In this document: piece by piece, positions 1 through 9,962 of the stretch
How positions within the stretch are numbered: the first letter of the stretch is position 1
Layout of the letters: every line of letters begins with the position of its first letter
Assembly: GCA_963710755.1 (NCBI GenBank)
Contig: CAVQBK010000005.1
Coordinates: 1 to 64,000, forward strand
DNA length: 64,000 bases
From: an uncultured bacterium
Lineage (GTDB): Bacteria > Oederibacteriota > JAAXVQ01 > JAUVAV01
Reading direction: 5' to 3'
The notes under the pieces: generated by a model
Told to the model about the DNA's origin: nothing
Seen by the model: the letters and a program-made list of their open reading frames with translations, nothing else
Database searches by the model: none
Program-made: the position numbers and the translations under genes

Positions 1-961
1 TCAGATCATACCCGGTCATCTGGTTGATGGCATTGTAGGTCACATTGTTCCAGTGGTTGATGGTCACCAGTTCGCGCACTTCGGCGGTGTTGGCCACGAG
101 GGCGCCGATGAGACCGCTTTTGTCAGAGGCGATCATGAGCGGCCAATGGAGGGTGCCTGTTTGCCCCTGGGCCAGCAGGGCCAGGTTGGCGCCGGTGTTG
201 TTGGTGATCAGCAGGTCATCACCATTGATCACAGCTTCCGTGTAATCGGTGGCCTGGTCAAAGCTGTTGTAGGTATAGCCAAAGCGGTAAAGGTTGGTGA
301 TTTTGCCCGGTTCCGATGATCCCACGGTATGTTCATCCATATGCGCGCTGTAGGTTTCCTGGCGCTGAGTATGGCTTTCATAGGTGACCTGCACGTCGGT
401 CACGGTTTCCTTGTCCTTGCCCGTGGTGGAGCGGGTGATCTCGCGCCAGGCGCTGGGCCGGTTGAGGTTGTCATAGGTGGTGCTGACCCGTTTGGTGACC
501 GTGGCGCTATAGTCAAAGGGATGGAGCTTGGCATAGGCGCTCTGAACGGTCTGCCAGTCGGGCATGTCCAGCGCTGATTGATCGCCCAGGCCGGTCAGGG
601 CCTCGGACATCGCTGCGACCAGCGTGCCCAAAACAGCCAACTTTGATTTTGCCAGCGTGAAAAGATCGATGGTTTTTTGGACCAGGCTGCCGTCAAAGGC
701 ATTATTCACGGTCTCTGCCAAGGCTTGCAGCAATCCGGTTGCAGCAGCAAGGGCAGCATCGGTTATCCCTGCCACTTCATCAGTAAGCCAGGTGGTCATT
801 TGCGTAATGATGCTGCCGGTGTCGAGGGTAAGCAGATTGGCCAGGGTGAGCGTCTCTTCCAACCAGGCTTGGGTAACCTGCCCGAGGCTTTGAGTGGTCA
901 TGAGCCAGGCCGTAAAGCGGCGCACGGTGCCATTGGTCAGGTTTTCATCAGCCTGCCACAT
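1..961 (-). CDS. Continuation of the giant YD/Rhs-like repeat protein in a shifted frame; runs off the left window edge
   Basis: I read the minus frame by hand: no stop from 997 down to 2. It encodes the same repeat style (YTYNSFDQATDYTE, WNNVTYNAINQMTGYD). It is absent from the ORF track, probably because no stop lies in the window. First ATG is at 961. Confidence 0.85.
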   Translation of the reverse strand, partial: MWQADENLTNGTVRRFTAWLMTTQSLGQVTQAWLEETLTLANLLTLDTGSIITQMTTWLTDEVAGITDAALAAATGLLQALAETVNNAFDGSLVQKTIDLFTLAKSKLAVLGTLVAAMSEALTGLGDQSALDMPDWQTVQSAYAKLHPFDYSATVTKRVSTTYDNLNRPSAWREITRSTTGKDKETVTDVQVTYESHTQRQETYSAHMDEHTVGSSEPGKITNLYRFGYTYNSFDQATDYTEAVINGDDLLITNNTGANLALLAQGQTGTLHWPLMIASDKSGLIGALVANTAEVRELVTINHWNNVTYNAINQMTGYDL

Positions 962-3900
962 GGGTATAGGTGTTTTGCTGTCCCAGATGAGTGTAAGTCA
1001 TGCTGTCCATGATGGTCTGGGTTGGTTTTTCCGAAGCTTGCGTGCCCAGCGCCAGTTCCTGATAACCGGCCTGCAGGCCTTGATGGCGCCATAGGCGGCC
1101 ATCCGCATCAGGGCGAAGGCCAGTGGCGCCAATATAATCATTCCAGGTGGTGCCATTGTCATCGGAATAGCGGGTACTGTCATAATAGGTGATACCTGAG
1201 CGCAGCACATTGGCGGTGTTGGTAAAAGGCGTATTTTGACCGTCATCAATGGTGTCGGTCGTGGATTCCTGATAGGCTTCCAGCCTGCCGTCAGCATAAT
1301 AGAGGCTGTGGCTGCGGTCCACTTGGGTGGTTTTGGTCCCCTGAGGCGTATTCTTGACCGTGAGGCTGGTAAAGCGGTTGAGCTGGCCTTGGTCAGTGTA
1401 GCTGTCACTGAAGTCAGCCTGCCAATGGGTGTTTACTGCTTCGAGCTCAGTGTTGTTTTCAGTCAACCGGCTGTCCTGGATGTAATGGACCAATTGGCCT
1501 TTGCTGTTGTACCCGGCCACGCCGTCAGGCACCAACACGCCGTGGTCCATTTTAACCCCGGCCCGCCAGGTCAGGGTTTGATGCTGGCCTTTTCCAATAA
1601 AATCAGTGGCCTGCTCATAATACAGCCGCTGGCCCAATTGATTGTAATTTTGATTAACCGTTTGCCGCGTATAGCAGCCATCCCCCAAATTCCAGCCAAC
1701 TTCCTGAACTGCGGTCTGCCGGCTCAAAAGGTTATAGATCAACTCATACTGGACTTTTTCATAATAACCCGATTCATTCCAGCCTGATTCAGTGGAGCAC
1801 AGGATGCGGCCCAGGGCGTCATAAGCCTGGCCTGTGATTGGGGGCGCCATCCCGGCAGCCGCAAGTTGAGGAATCAGGGCTTCATCCAGCCCAGCTTTCC
1901 AGACACGGTCTTCAAAAGTGCCGCCGCTGATGCCCGATTCATGATAGCCCGTGATCCAGCCATGGCCTTCGTAGGTGATGGCCTCCCGGGTCAGGGCTGT
2001 GTTCACGCCTCCTGCTTGGCTATAACCATTTTCAATGGTTTTAGTGGCACGGCCCTGGGCATCAAAACTATCGGCCTGCCAGGTTTTTTCATACTGACCT
2101 GTTGTGGGACCGTTGCCAATTTCCTCAAAATAATCGAGGTGGCCTGCCGTATCATAGGCCATGCCAGAGCGCGTGGCAGTGGTCTCTTGTAGAGACAAGG
2201 CATGCCTTGTCTCTACAGATTCAACATACCATGTCAATTGGTTGTTATTATTATAGGCGGCATCATGCCAGGTCTTGTTCTCTTCCCTTTGATCCACCAC
2301 GTCGCCGCTGTCCGGCACCCGGGTCGTGATGGTGCTGTTTTCCACATAATGGGTTTGATTGCCCCTGAGATCATAGGCATCGTTAAAAGCAGCCGACCAA
2401 TCGGTGGTGGTTGTTTCATCTTGTAGAGACAAGGCATGCCTTGTCTCTACATCATGATACCCTATCAATTGCCCGAGGCCGTTGTACGCGCCCTGGCTCC
2501 AGGTTTTGTCCGTGACCACGCCCAGGTCATTGGTCATGATCTCCTGGTCATGCTGCTTTTGCCCCACGCTGTTGTAGCTGTCGCTAAAATCCAACCGCAC
2601 GGTCAATGTATACTTGGGCACATTGGTCTTGCTGCCCTCTTCCGTGTAACCCGTGAGCTGGCCCAGGCTGTTGTACGACAGACTGGTTTGGTCCTTGTCA
2701 TAGTCCTGGCTGCCATTGTCAGACTTATAGGTTTGATGATTAGTTTTGACCTGATCGAGCGCATTGTAGCTGCCGCTCCAAGCTTGGGTATAGTCCCCGG
2801 CCGTTGGCATGCTGCCGGTTTCCGAATAGGCGGTGTTGCGGCCATACACATCCCAGGCCGTGGCTTGCCAGTCCTTGTGGCCGGTGCCATCGCTGTTTTC
2901 CTCATGATAACTTTTCAGCTGGCCCTGGCCGGTATAAGTCTGGCCTGATTTATAGATGGTTTCAGTGGCATTGATTTCCTGGCCGGTGCTGTTGTCCCTG
3001 CCTTGCTGCGTGGTGGTTTGCGTGTAGGCCGTGACTTGCTGCAGGCTGTCATAATGAATGCTGTCTTTGGCCACCAGCGTCTTCAGGTCAGGCGTGGCAT
3101 TGGAGCGGATTTCCTCGCTGGTGGATAGAACCCGGCCGTCATCATCATAGCCCGTGGCCGTGCGTTTCACGGTTTGCGTTACATGATAACTTTGATCGGC
3201 GGAAACCTGATCGGTCATGCGCGTAAAGGTCTGCTGCTCGGCCCGGTTATTGTAGGTGATCCCAGCCAAGTTTTCGGTGGAAACCAGCCCTGAAGTCCGG
3301 CTGTCTTGGGTTTGCTCTGTTTGGCCAATCAAGCGGCCTTGGTTGTCATAGCTGGTGCCGCTTCGTGTCACTTGGACAGTATAACGGGGCGCTTCCAGCC
3401 CTGCCTTGGCCTGGCCGGTGGTGGTGCTGGTTTGTTCATAGCGCTGCAACTGGCCCAGGCTATTGTAAGTACCCTGGGTCCAATCGGTGACCGTGGTCAA
3501 AAGCAGCTCGGGCTGGGTGCTGACCTCGTGCCAGGCGGTCTGCTGGTTGAGCTCATTGTAGCTGATGCCAGCGCGTGTGCTAAGCTCTTGGCTCAGCACC
3601 TCCTGGGTGGCGGCGGTTTCCCGGCGCTGCTCCTGGTTGTATCCGGTCATCTGGCCGTAATCATTATACGTCTGCTGACTGCGGACAATGACTGTTTTCA
3701 AATCCTGCGCGCTGCTGGAGGTGGTCTCCTCGGTGTAACCGCTCTCCCGGCTGGCCGTGCTGTAGGTGATGCCTGATTTGCTGATGGTCACCACCCGGTT
3801 TAGGTTGGGCTCGGTGATGCTGCTGGTGGTCATCTTCTGTTTGCTCTCCACGGCCCGGTTGGCAGCATCAAAATCCTTGACCTCAAGCTCGGTGGTCACG

Positions 3901-6900
3901 ATGAGATCACTTTGATCGGAACTGACTTTTTTCTCCACGCTGTTGATCAGCCGGCCTTGGCTGTCATAAACCGTGGACTGCCGTGAGATTTCCACCGTGC
4001 GGTCCAAGGCCCGGCCCTGAAGCGGCTGTTCATGTGTAACTTCGTGATACGTCGCAAGGCGCGAAGCTTCATCATAGGTCATATGGTCACGGCTGGTGGT
4101 GGTAAGTGTGCCCTTGGAAGGCTCTTCCAAGGTTTCTGCATAGCCCGTGACCTGGCCGAGCAGATTGATGGTGGTGCTGCTGCGGGTGACCGTCTTGGTC
4201 AAATGATAGGGTTTGCTACTGATCTGGCCGGTCACATCCTGGATTTCCTCCCAGCTGACGGCTTGGCCCATGGCATCATAAACCTGACGGCTGTGATTGA
4301 CAGTGGTGACAAGGCCCGGGCTGTCGCTAGCGGTGAGCTCGTCCTGATAGGAGACGAGCCTGCCCTGGCGGTCATAGGTCATGCTGCCGCGGGTCGTGGT
4401 ATTGGTCAGGTCCACCAGCACGCCCTGGCTGTCCTGGGTTAATTGATGAACGGTTTCGTGGTACCCGGTCTGCTGATTGAGGGTGTTGTAGCTGATCTGA
4501 TCCTGGCTGGTGGTCCAGGTGGTGTTGCCCTGGGTTTTAATTTCCGTGGAGCTGGTCATACGGCCTTGCCTATCAAAGGCTGCGCTCCAGTTCCGGTCAA
4601 TAGCTTCCGTCGTGGCCGTGGAGGCTACTGTTTCATGATAATCGGTGACCTGGCCGGCCGGATTGGTGATGATTTGATCGCGGCTGATGCTTTGGCTGAT
4701 GTCCAGACTCTGGTTGCCATCCATCCCTGTTTGATGCCGCGTTTCCTGGTAACTCTCGGCCTGGCCCTTGGTATTGTAGCTGGTTTGTGTCCGGTCGGTG
4801 GTAGTGGTCATACCCTGGGGCGCGTCCACGCCTTTTTTGCCTTCAAAATGAATCTGACGGAAGGTGGCTTGCCTGCCCTGCTGGTCATAGCTCACATCCT
4901 GCAGGCTTTCGAGCACTACTTTATCAGGTGCGCTTCTGTCCGTATAGCGGTCCTGGCTGAAGACAAGCTGGCCAAGCGCATTGTATTGGGTATCGAGCCT
5001 TTGCTGCACCTTGCTTTGCTGCAGCCCGGGGCCTTGAACCCGGGTTTCCTGCTCAAAGCCTTGGAGCTGGCCCAGATTGTTGTAGGCGCCTTGGCTCCAG
5101 ATCACCGTGCTCGTGCTGTCCTGGCCTTCCACTAACGACTGGGTAATGCTGGCGGTTTTCTGGCCCAGGCTGTTGTAACGCTCATGATCAATGGTCCTGG
5201 TTTCCATTCTTTGATACATTAACCCCTGATCATCATAACCCTTGGTCACCACCGTTTCGTGCCTGCTCTTCTCGCGGCCCAAGCGGTCGGTTTTGATGTT
5301 GTCCACATCCGTGGTAGTGATCAGGCCTTGGCCATTGTCCCCGGTTTCATGGTAAGCCAGCAAATGGCCCTGGTCATCATAGCTCATGGCGCTGCGGGTG
5401 GTGGTATTGATCACTCCCGGAAGATCGGAGCGCTCATTACGCTCGGTATAGCCTGCCACCAGGCCGGTGGAGGTATAAATCATGGCGCTGCGGTGAGTGA
5501 GAGTTTGCAGATAAAAGCCCTGGCCCTGTTTTGACTGCTGCACAGTCTTCTCATCATACCCCGTCAACTGGCCCAGGGGATCGTAAACCATGGCGTTCAT
5601 CCAGCGCTCCAGCGTGAGCCCCGGGGTTACACTGGACCATTGGGTCTCGTGATAGCTCATGGTCTGATGGTGGCCATTGTAGGCGATGTTGTCGCGGATA
5701 GTGGTCTCCAAGCTGTCCAGGCCATTGCCCGTGGTATGAACCGTTTCCGTATAGCCTGACAACCGGCCCAGACTGTCCAACACCACCTGGTTCCGGGTGC
5801 GCGTCACCGTAAGATCCATGCTGGTTTGCACCATGACCATGCCCCCGGCGGTAAAGGAAAGGCTGACCTTTTGTTTGTCCACATCAAGCACGTCTACAGT
5901 CTTGCCGGCCAAAAGATCCTTCTGATCAGCATCACTGAGATCGTCCCACTTAATCTCAGTTCCGGCCTTGATCAAGGTCAAGCCTTCAAGAAATGATTGG
6001 TTCAACTGCCCGGCCTCAGGCAGGGCTTCTGTGCTGGTGCCTTGGGTGTGCTCGGTCTCCTCTTCCCCTGCCACCCGGCCCAGGCTGTCGTAAGTGCGGT
6101 TCTTAATTGCATTGGTTGTGATCAAATCAGGGGACTGGCTGTCTGTAACCGTCTCGTCATAGCCCAGAATCTGGCCTACATGGTTGTAGGTCATATTGGT
6201 GCGGATGGTGGTGGTTGTCCGCCCGGGATCAACGCTTCCTGGCCGGCTGGTTTGGGAAACCGTGGTTTCAGCCGCCACCAGCCCCGCACTGGTAAACCCT
6301 TGCGCCTGCCAGGTGGTGAACGTTTGATAGGGATTGCCCGCGCTCTGACGGTTCTCCTCATAACCCACCATACGTCCGGCCACATCGTAGGTGATGTGAT
6401 CGCGCACAGTCAGATCGGACAAATAGAGCAGGCTTTGCAAAACCCATTGATTGCCCTCTTGGACCAAACACAAGGTGCCCAGCTCCCCGACCACCACATT
6501 CTGCCCGGACAGCAACGCCTGCTTTTGGCTGTCCGATAAAGACGCCCAATTGATGCCATTGCCCAAATGATCCACTTGGTCTTGCAACACCGCGTTTTTT
6601 TGTTCATCGGTCAGGTTGTCCCAATCAGGCGGCAAAGTCAGGCTGCCCTGGCCGGTGCGCCTGCTGAGGGTAGTAGAAGCGGTCTGCTGATCCAAGCCAT
6701 TGTAAAGCAAGCCGCTCACGAAGCGTTCACTCACCAGGCCCGTAATGTCGCGCACCAATTCCTGATAGCCCATGATCTGGCCCTGGCTGTTGATGACCAT
6801 AGCCGAGCGTTCCACGGACATAATACCTGCCGGGGTGGCCTGATCCCAAACTTCATCGTGATAACCGGTGACCTGACCCAGGGCATTGCGCACCATGGCC

Positions 6901-9731
6901 GTGCGGGTGGTGATGACCGTATGATCCAAACCGTCAGCCACCGTCCGCCGCGTCTCTACCCGTCCAAAAGCCGTGATGTCCGTGACCGCCAAGCGCTCCT
7001 GCCAATCAAGCTGTGTGCCCTGGGGATCAAGACCGGTGGTCCTGGTGATTTGGGTGTATCCTTGTAGAGACAAGGCTTGCCTTGTCTCTACAAGCCCTGA
7101 TTGAAACGTCACATCCTCATACCAGGTTTTGGTGCTAAGATCCACCCAATGACCGTCTTGCGTGGTGCCCGTGGTAGTTTTAAGCTCTTCACCGCCACAG
7201 ACTTCACCATAGCTGTCATAAGCGCGGCCATGCACTTCGGTGGTGATGGTCACCTGCGGGTTTTCATCGCTCACGCTCACTTGGCGGCTGTCCTGGATGC
7301 GGCCGTAATCATCAAAACCTTGGGCTTGCCAGGTGGTCGTGACCTGATGGCCGCCGCTATCATTGATGACTTCATGGTAAGCGGTCATCTGATTGAGGGT
7401 GTTGTATTGGGTCTGATCCTGAAGGCGCGTGCTTTGATTGCCCCGACCGGAACTGATATTAGACGAAAGGGACGCCCCCTGGGCGCCTCGACCGGAACTG
7501 ATATTAGACGAAAGGGACGCCCCCTGGGCGCCTCGACCGGAACTGATATCAGACGAAAGGGACGCCCCCTGGGCGCCCGCACTGTCGCTGAAGGTTTCGG
7601 TCACTTCCAGCAACCGGCCAAAATCGTCATACACGGCGTCTCCCCAGTCATGGGTGGAGGTCAGGCCGCCGGGATAGGTCCACAGCTCCTGATAGCTGAT
7701 GAGCTGACTTAGTTGGTTGTACACCGCGTCTTGCCAGGTTTTTTTTATGCTGCTGCCATCGGCGCCAATGAAGGTTTCGTGATGACTCTGGCTGCGGCCA
7801 TAACGGTCATAAGTAGCGTCCGCGAAAACATGATAAGACACCTGGCCGTAAACATCGGTGACTTCTTCCATGTAATCCGTGAGTTGGCCATTTTGATTAT
7901 AACCGGATGAAGGGGATTGGTTTTTAAACACCTCGGCCGGATCGCCTTCAAATTTTCCGGCTCGCCAGCGGGTCTGGGTGCGATGACCAAAAACATCTTC
8001 CCTGATTTCCGTATAGGAGGCTTGATGATCGAGGTCATCATAGGCGGCGTCCTGCCACCAACGTTGGGACGTGTGGCCTAGAATGTCCGTCGCTGATTCA
8101 TGGTACCCCATCAGCCTGCCCAAATAATCATAGGTCCCCTGTTCCCATACCGTGCGGGTCGTATTGCCCAGGGGATCGGTCGTGCTTTCTTCATAGCTCA
8201 GCAGTTGATCCTTGCTATTGAATACGGCCCGGCCCCATTCATGAATGGTATGATAGCCTTTTTGATCGGTTTTAATTTCCTTGTAGCCTATAAGGCGGCC
8301 AAAGCGATCATAGAGTCCGTTTTGCCAGGATACTAAAGTTATGATGCCCAAGGGATCCATGACGGTCTCTTCGTAGGAGAGCACATCGCCCCACTGATCG
8401 TAAGTCAGGTGGTGTCGGTCTGTGATGGTCACATTACCCAATACATCTTTGCTCTTTTGGGTAAACCCTTTGAGGCGGTGATTGGTCTCATAGCCATAAG
8501 CTTCCCAATCCACGGTGGTGCTGGTGCCGTCAATGGCGGTTTTGATTTCCCGGTAACCCATTAAACGGCCATAGTGGTCATAGCGCCCTTTTTCCCAAAC
8601 CGTATGGCGATGACGGCCCAGGGCGTCGATCAGCTCTTCTTGATAACTAACCAGTTGCCCATAGCCGTCATAGCGGGCGTTACCCCAGATCCGGGTGCTG
8701 CTTACGCCATTACTGTCGGTAATAACCTCTTTATAGCCCACCAGCAGATACTCGGAGGCCGACTGGGTTTTGCCCGCTTTTTCATCAGCCTGGCTGTAGG
8801 CCGGATTCTTGATATAGGTGCCCGCGGTCCATAACCGGTGAGTCTTATTGCCCTTGGCGTCCAGGTTGTCTTCCTGGAATTCAGTGACTTGTTTTTGGTC
8901 GTCGTACTTGGCACCATACCAATGCTTGCTGCTTTGGTTGCCCCGTTCATCAGTAAAGGTTTCATTGTAGTTGATGAGCAGTTTGCCATCGTACTGGCCG
9001 TTGGTCCATTCCACCTTGGTCTTGTTGCCGTATTGATCTATGATTTCCTGGGTGTAGCTGGTCAAGAGTTTGTTGGCATGGGTATCATTGCCTGCATAAA
9101 ACACACTGTCATCAGTATAGGTGGCGCCGTACCATTTGGTATAGGTCACATTGCCCAGGCTGTCGGTGGTCTGGGCATCATAGCTGGTCAGCAAGCGCTT
9201 GCTGTTGTAGCTCATATTATAGGTATTGCGCAAACTCACATTACCGTGGGCATCAATGACCCGTTCATTTTCCACCAGCACGGCCAGGCCGTCTTTCATC
9301 CATACCCGTTTGCCATCATCATATTGAATATAATTGAACATGGCCTGCTGGCCTAAAATGGCAAAAACCTTTTGCCTGGCAGCCTGGGCTTCCTGCTTTA
9401 ATACTGCCATGCTTTGCTCATGATTAAAGACCGAGTCCCGGAGGTTTTTGGCAATTTTTTTGGTAACTTTTTCGTTTTTAGCTGCCAGCATTTTCTCCAG
9501 GCGGTTTTGATAATCAACTATCGCCTTTTGTTTGTTCATCTGCGATTGTACGGTATCAGGCGTAAAATACCCGGATTGATAGCGATCATATTGTTGTTTG
9601 AATTGATTGCTGACTACAAAAGCATGAACAGCAGGATCAAGATAGCTGGAATAGATAAAAAAGCTTAAAATAGTAATAGAAATTACTTTATTTAGCTTTT
9701 TTATCTTTCTTTTTGTTAATTTTAGCTTCAT
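948..9731 (-). CDS. Giant secreted/surface YD/Rhs-like beta-repeat protein (2927 aa segment, >3200 aa with the continuation)
   Basis: Basic N-terminus plus hydrophobic stretch (signal/anchor), GGAGG RBS, and dozens of repeats of the form Y[DN]xxG[QR]LxxYxE...T..W; Thr/Gln/Tyr-rich. Confidence 0.85.
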   Translation of the reverse strand: MKLKLTKRKIKKLNKVISITILSFFIYSSYLDPAVHAFVVSNQFKQQYDRYQSGYFTPDTVQSQMNKQKAIVDYQNRLEKMLAAKNEKVTKKIAKNLRDSVFNHEQSMAVLKQEAQAARQKVFAILGQQAMFNYIQYDDGKRVWMKDGLAVLVENERVIDAHGNVSLRNTYNMSYNSKRLLTSYDAQTTDSLGNVTYTKWYGATYTDDSVFYAGNDTHANKLLTSYTQEIIDQYGNKTKVEWTNGQYDGKLLINYNETFTDERGNQSSKHWYGAKYDDQKQVTEFQEDNLDAKGNKTHRLWTAGTYIKNPAYSQADEKAGKTQSASEYLLVGYKEVITDSNGVSSTRIWGNARYDGYGQLVSYQEELIDALGRHRHTVWEKGRYDHYGRLMGYREIKTAIDGTSTTVDWEAYGYETNHRLKGFTQKSKDVLGNVTITDRHHLTYDQWGDVLSYEETVMDPLGIITLVSWQNGLYDRFGRLIGYKEIKTDQKGYHTIHEWGRAVFNSKDQLLSYEESTTDPLGNTTRTVWEQGTYDYLGRLMGYHESATDILGHTSQRWWQDAAYDDLDHQASYTEIREDVFGHRTQTRWRAGKFEGDPAEVFKNQSPSSGYNQNGQLTDYMEEVTDVYGQVSYHVFADATYDRYGRSQSHHETFIGADGSSIKKTWQDAVYNQLSQLISYQELWTYPGGLTSTHDWGDAVYDDFGRLLEVTETFSDSAGAQGASLSSDISSGRGAQGASLSSNISSGRGAQGASLSSNISSGRGNQSTRLQDQTQYNTLNQMTAYHEVINDSGGHQVTTTWQAQGFDDYGRIQDSRQVSVSDENPQVTITTEVHGRAYDSYGEVCGGEELKTTTGTTQDGHWVDLSTKTWYEDVTFQSGLVETRQALSLQGYTQITRTTGLDPQGTQLDWQERLAVTDITAFGRVETRRTVADGLDHTVITTRTAMVRNALGQVTGYHDEVWDQATPAGIMSVERSAMVINSQGQIMGYQELVRDITGLVSERFVSGLLYNGLDQQTASTTLSRRTGQGSLTLPPDWDNLTDEQKNAVLQDQVDHLGNGINWASLSDSQKQALLSGQNVVVGELGTLCLVQEGNQWVLQSLLYLSDLTVRDHITYDVAGRMVGYEENRQSAGNPYQTFTTWQAQGFTSAGLVAAETTVSQTSRPGSVDPGRTTTTIRTNMTYNHVGQILGYDETVTDSQSPDLITTNAIKNRTYDSLGRVAGEEETEHTQGTSTEALPEAGQLNQSFLEGLTLIKAGTEIKWDDLSDADQKDLLAGKTVDVLDVDKQKVSLSFTAGGMVMVQTSMDLTVTRTRNQVVLDSLGRLSGYTETVHTTGNGLDSLETTIRDNIAYNGHHQTMSYHETQWSSVTPGLTLERWMNAMVYDPLGQLTGYDEKTVQQSKQGQGFYLQTLTHRSAMIYTSTGLVAGYTERNERSDLPGVINTTTRSAMSYDDQGHLLAYHETGDNGQGLITTTDVDNIKTDRLGREKSRHETVVTKGYDDQGLMYQRMETRTIDHERYNSLGQKTASITQSLVEGQDSTSTVIWSQGAYNNLGQLQGFEQETRVQGPGLQQSKVQQRLDTQYNALGQLVFSQDRYTDRSAPDKVVLESLQDVSYDQQGRQATFRQIHFEGKKGVDAPQGMTTTTDRTQTSYNTKGQAESYQETRHQTGMDGNQSLDISQSISRDQIITNPAGQVTDYHETVASTATTEAIDRNWSAAFDRQGRMTSSTEIKTQGNTTWTTSQDQISYNTLNQQTGYHETVHQLTQDSQGVLVDLTNTTTRGSMTYDRQGRLVSYQDELTASDSPGLVTTVNHSRQVYDAMGQAVSWEEIQDVTGQISSKPYHLTKTVTRSSTTINLLGQVTGYAETLEEPSKGTLTTTSRDHMTYDEASRLATYHEVTHEQPLQGRALDRTVEISRQSTVYDSQGRLINSVEKKVSSDQSDLIVTTELEVKDFDAANRAVESKQKMTTSSITEPNLNRVVTISKSGITYSTASRESGYTEETTSSSAQDLKTVIVRSQQTYNDYGQMTGYNQEQRRETAATQEVLSQELSTRAGISYNELNQQTAWHEVSTQPELLLTTVTDWTQGTYNSLGQLQRYEQTSTTTGQAKAGLEAPRYTVQVTRSGTSYDNQGRLIGQTEQTQDSRTSGLVSTENLAGITYNNRAEQQTFTRMTDQVSADQSYHVTQTVKRTATGYDDDGRVLSTSEEIRSNATPDLKTLVAKDSIHYDSLQQVTAYTQTTTQQGRDNSTGQEINATETIYKSGQTYTGQGQLKSYHEENSDGTGHKDWQATAWDVYGRNTAYSETGSMPTAGDYTQAWSGSYNALDQVKTNHQTYKSDNGSQDYDKDQTSLSYNSLGQLTGYTEEGSKTNVPKYTLTVRLDFSDSYNSVGQKQHDQEIMTNDLGVVTDKTWSQGAYNGLGQLIGYHDVETRHALSLQDETTTTDWSAAFNDAYDLRGNQTHYVENSTITTRVPDSGDVVDQREENKTWHDAAYNNNNQLTWYVESVETRHALSLQETTATRSGMAYDTAGHLDYFEEIGNGPTTGQYEKTWQADSFDAQGRATKTIENGYSQAGGVNTALTREAITYEGHGWITGYHESGISGGTFEDRVWKAGLDEALIPQLAAAGMAPPITGQAYDALGRILCSTESGWNESGYYEKVQYELIYNLLSRQTAVQEVGWNLGDGCYTRQTVNQNYNQLGQRLYYEQATDFIGKGQHQTLTWRAGVKMDHGVLVPDGVAGYNSKGQLVHYIQDSRLTENNTELEAVNTHWQADFSDSYTDQGQLNRFTSLTVKNTPQGTKTTQVDRSHSLYYADGRLEAYQESTTDTIDDGQNTPFTNTANVLRSGITYYDSTRYSDDNGTTWNDYIGATGLRPDADGRLWRHQGLQAGYQELALGTQASEKPTQTIMDSMTYTHLGQQNTYTHVAG
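2188..2217. repeat. Perfect 30-bp GTAG-type REP-like palindrome, in frame in the giant gene (VETRHALSLQ)
   Basis: TGTAGAGACAAGGCA-TGCCTTGTCTCTACA. Confidence 0.95.
2422..2451. repeat. Second identical 30-bp REP-like palindrome, in frame (VETRHALSLQ)
   Basis: Identical to 2188-2217. Confidence 0.95.
7063..7092. repeat. Third REP-like palindrome, in frame (VETRQALSLQ)
   Basis: One central mismatch versus the other two copies. Confidence 0.95.
7440..7577. repeat. Three tandem 45-bp units in frame in the giant gene (GAQGASLSS[DN]ISSGR x3), homologous to the tRNA-Pro-linked array
   Basis: Unit GCC[CT]CGACCGGAACTGATAT[TC]AGACGAAAGGGACGCCCCCTGGGC; 31/36 nt match to the reverse complement of the array sequence at about 40644-40679. 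Confidence 0.92.
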
Positions 9732-9962
9732 TTTCCCTCCAAATGCAGCTTTTAGTGACTATGGTGATCTAGGAAGTAAAAGAAAATAGTCAACCCCCAA
9801 TATAAGGTTTGACCGGAAAGTTGATTTTTTCTTTCATTTTTTATACCCTACAATGATTTTTTTAAGATGGCCTCACGCCAAAGCGCAAAGTAAAAATTAA
9901 GTTTTCAAAGTTAATAACTTTAAAACCATTATTTTTTAGTAAATATCTTAATACCTTTTTGG

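Noticed and set aside
945-950. TGA readthrough, selenocysteine or an alternative genetic code in the giant gene
   Set aside because: Two consecutive TGA codons and loss of repeat sense in that frame; the protein continues in a different frame, and other genes in the window use TGA as a stop
2188-7577. Diversity-generating retroelement TR/VR pair
   Set aside because: No reverse transcriptase in the window, and the repeats are palindromic or tandem without adenine-specific variation
45-9668. Many plus-strand ORFs opposite the giant gene, and similar shadows opposite the RND, hyp and housekeeping genes
   Set aside because: Antisense shadows caused by codon bias, with no recognisable motifs
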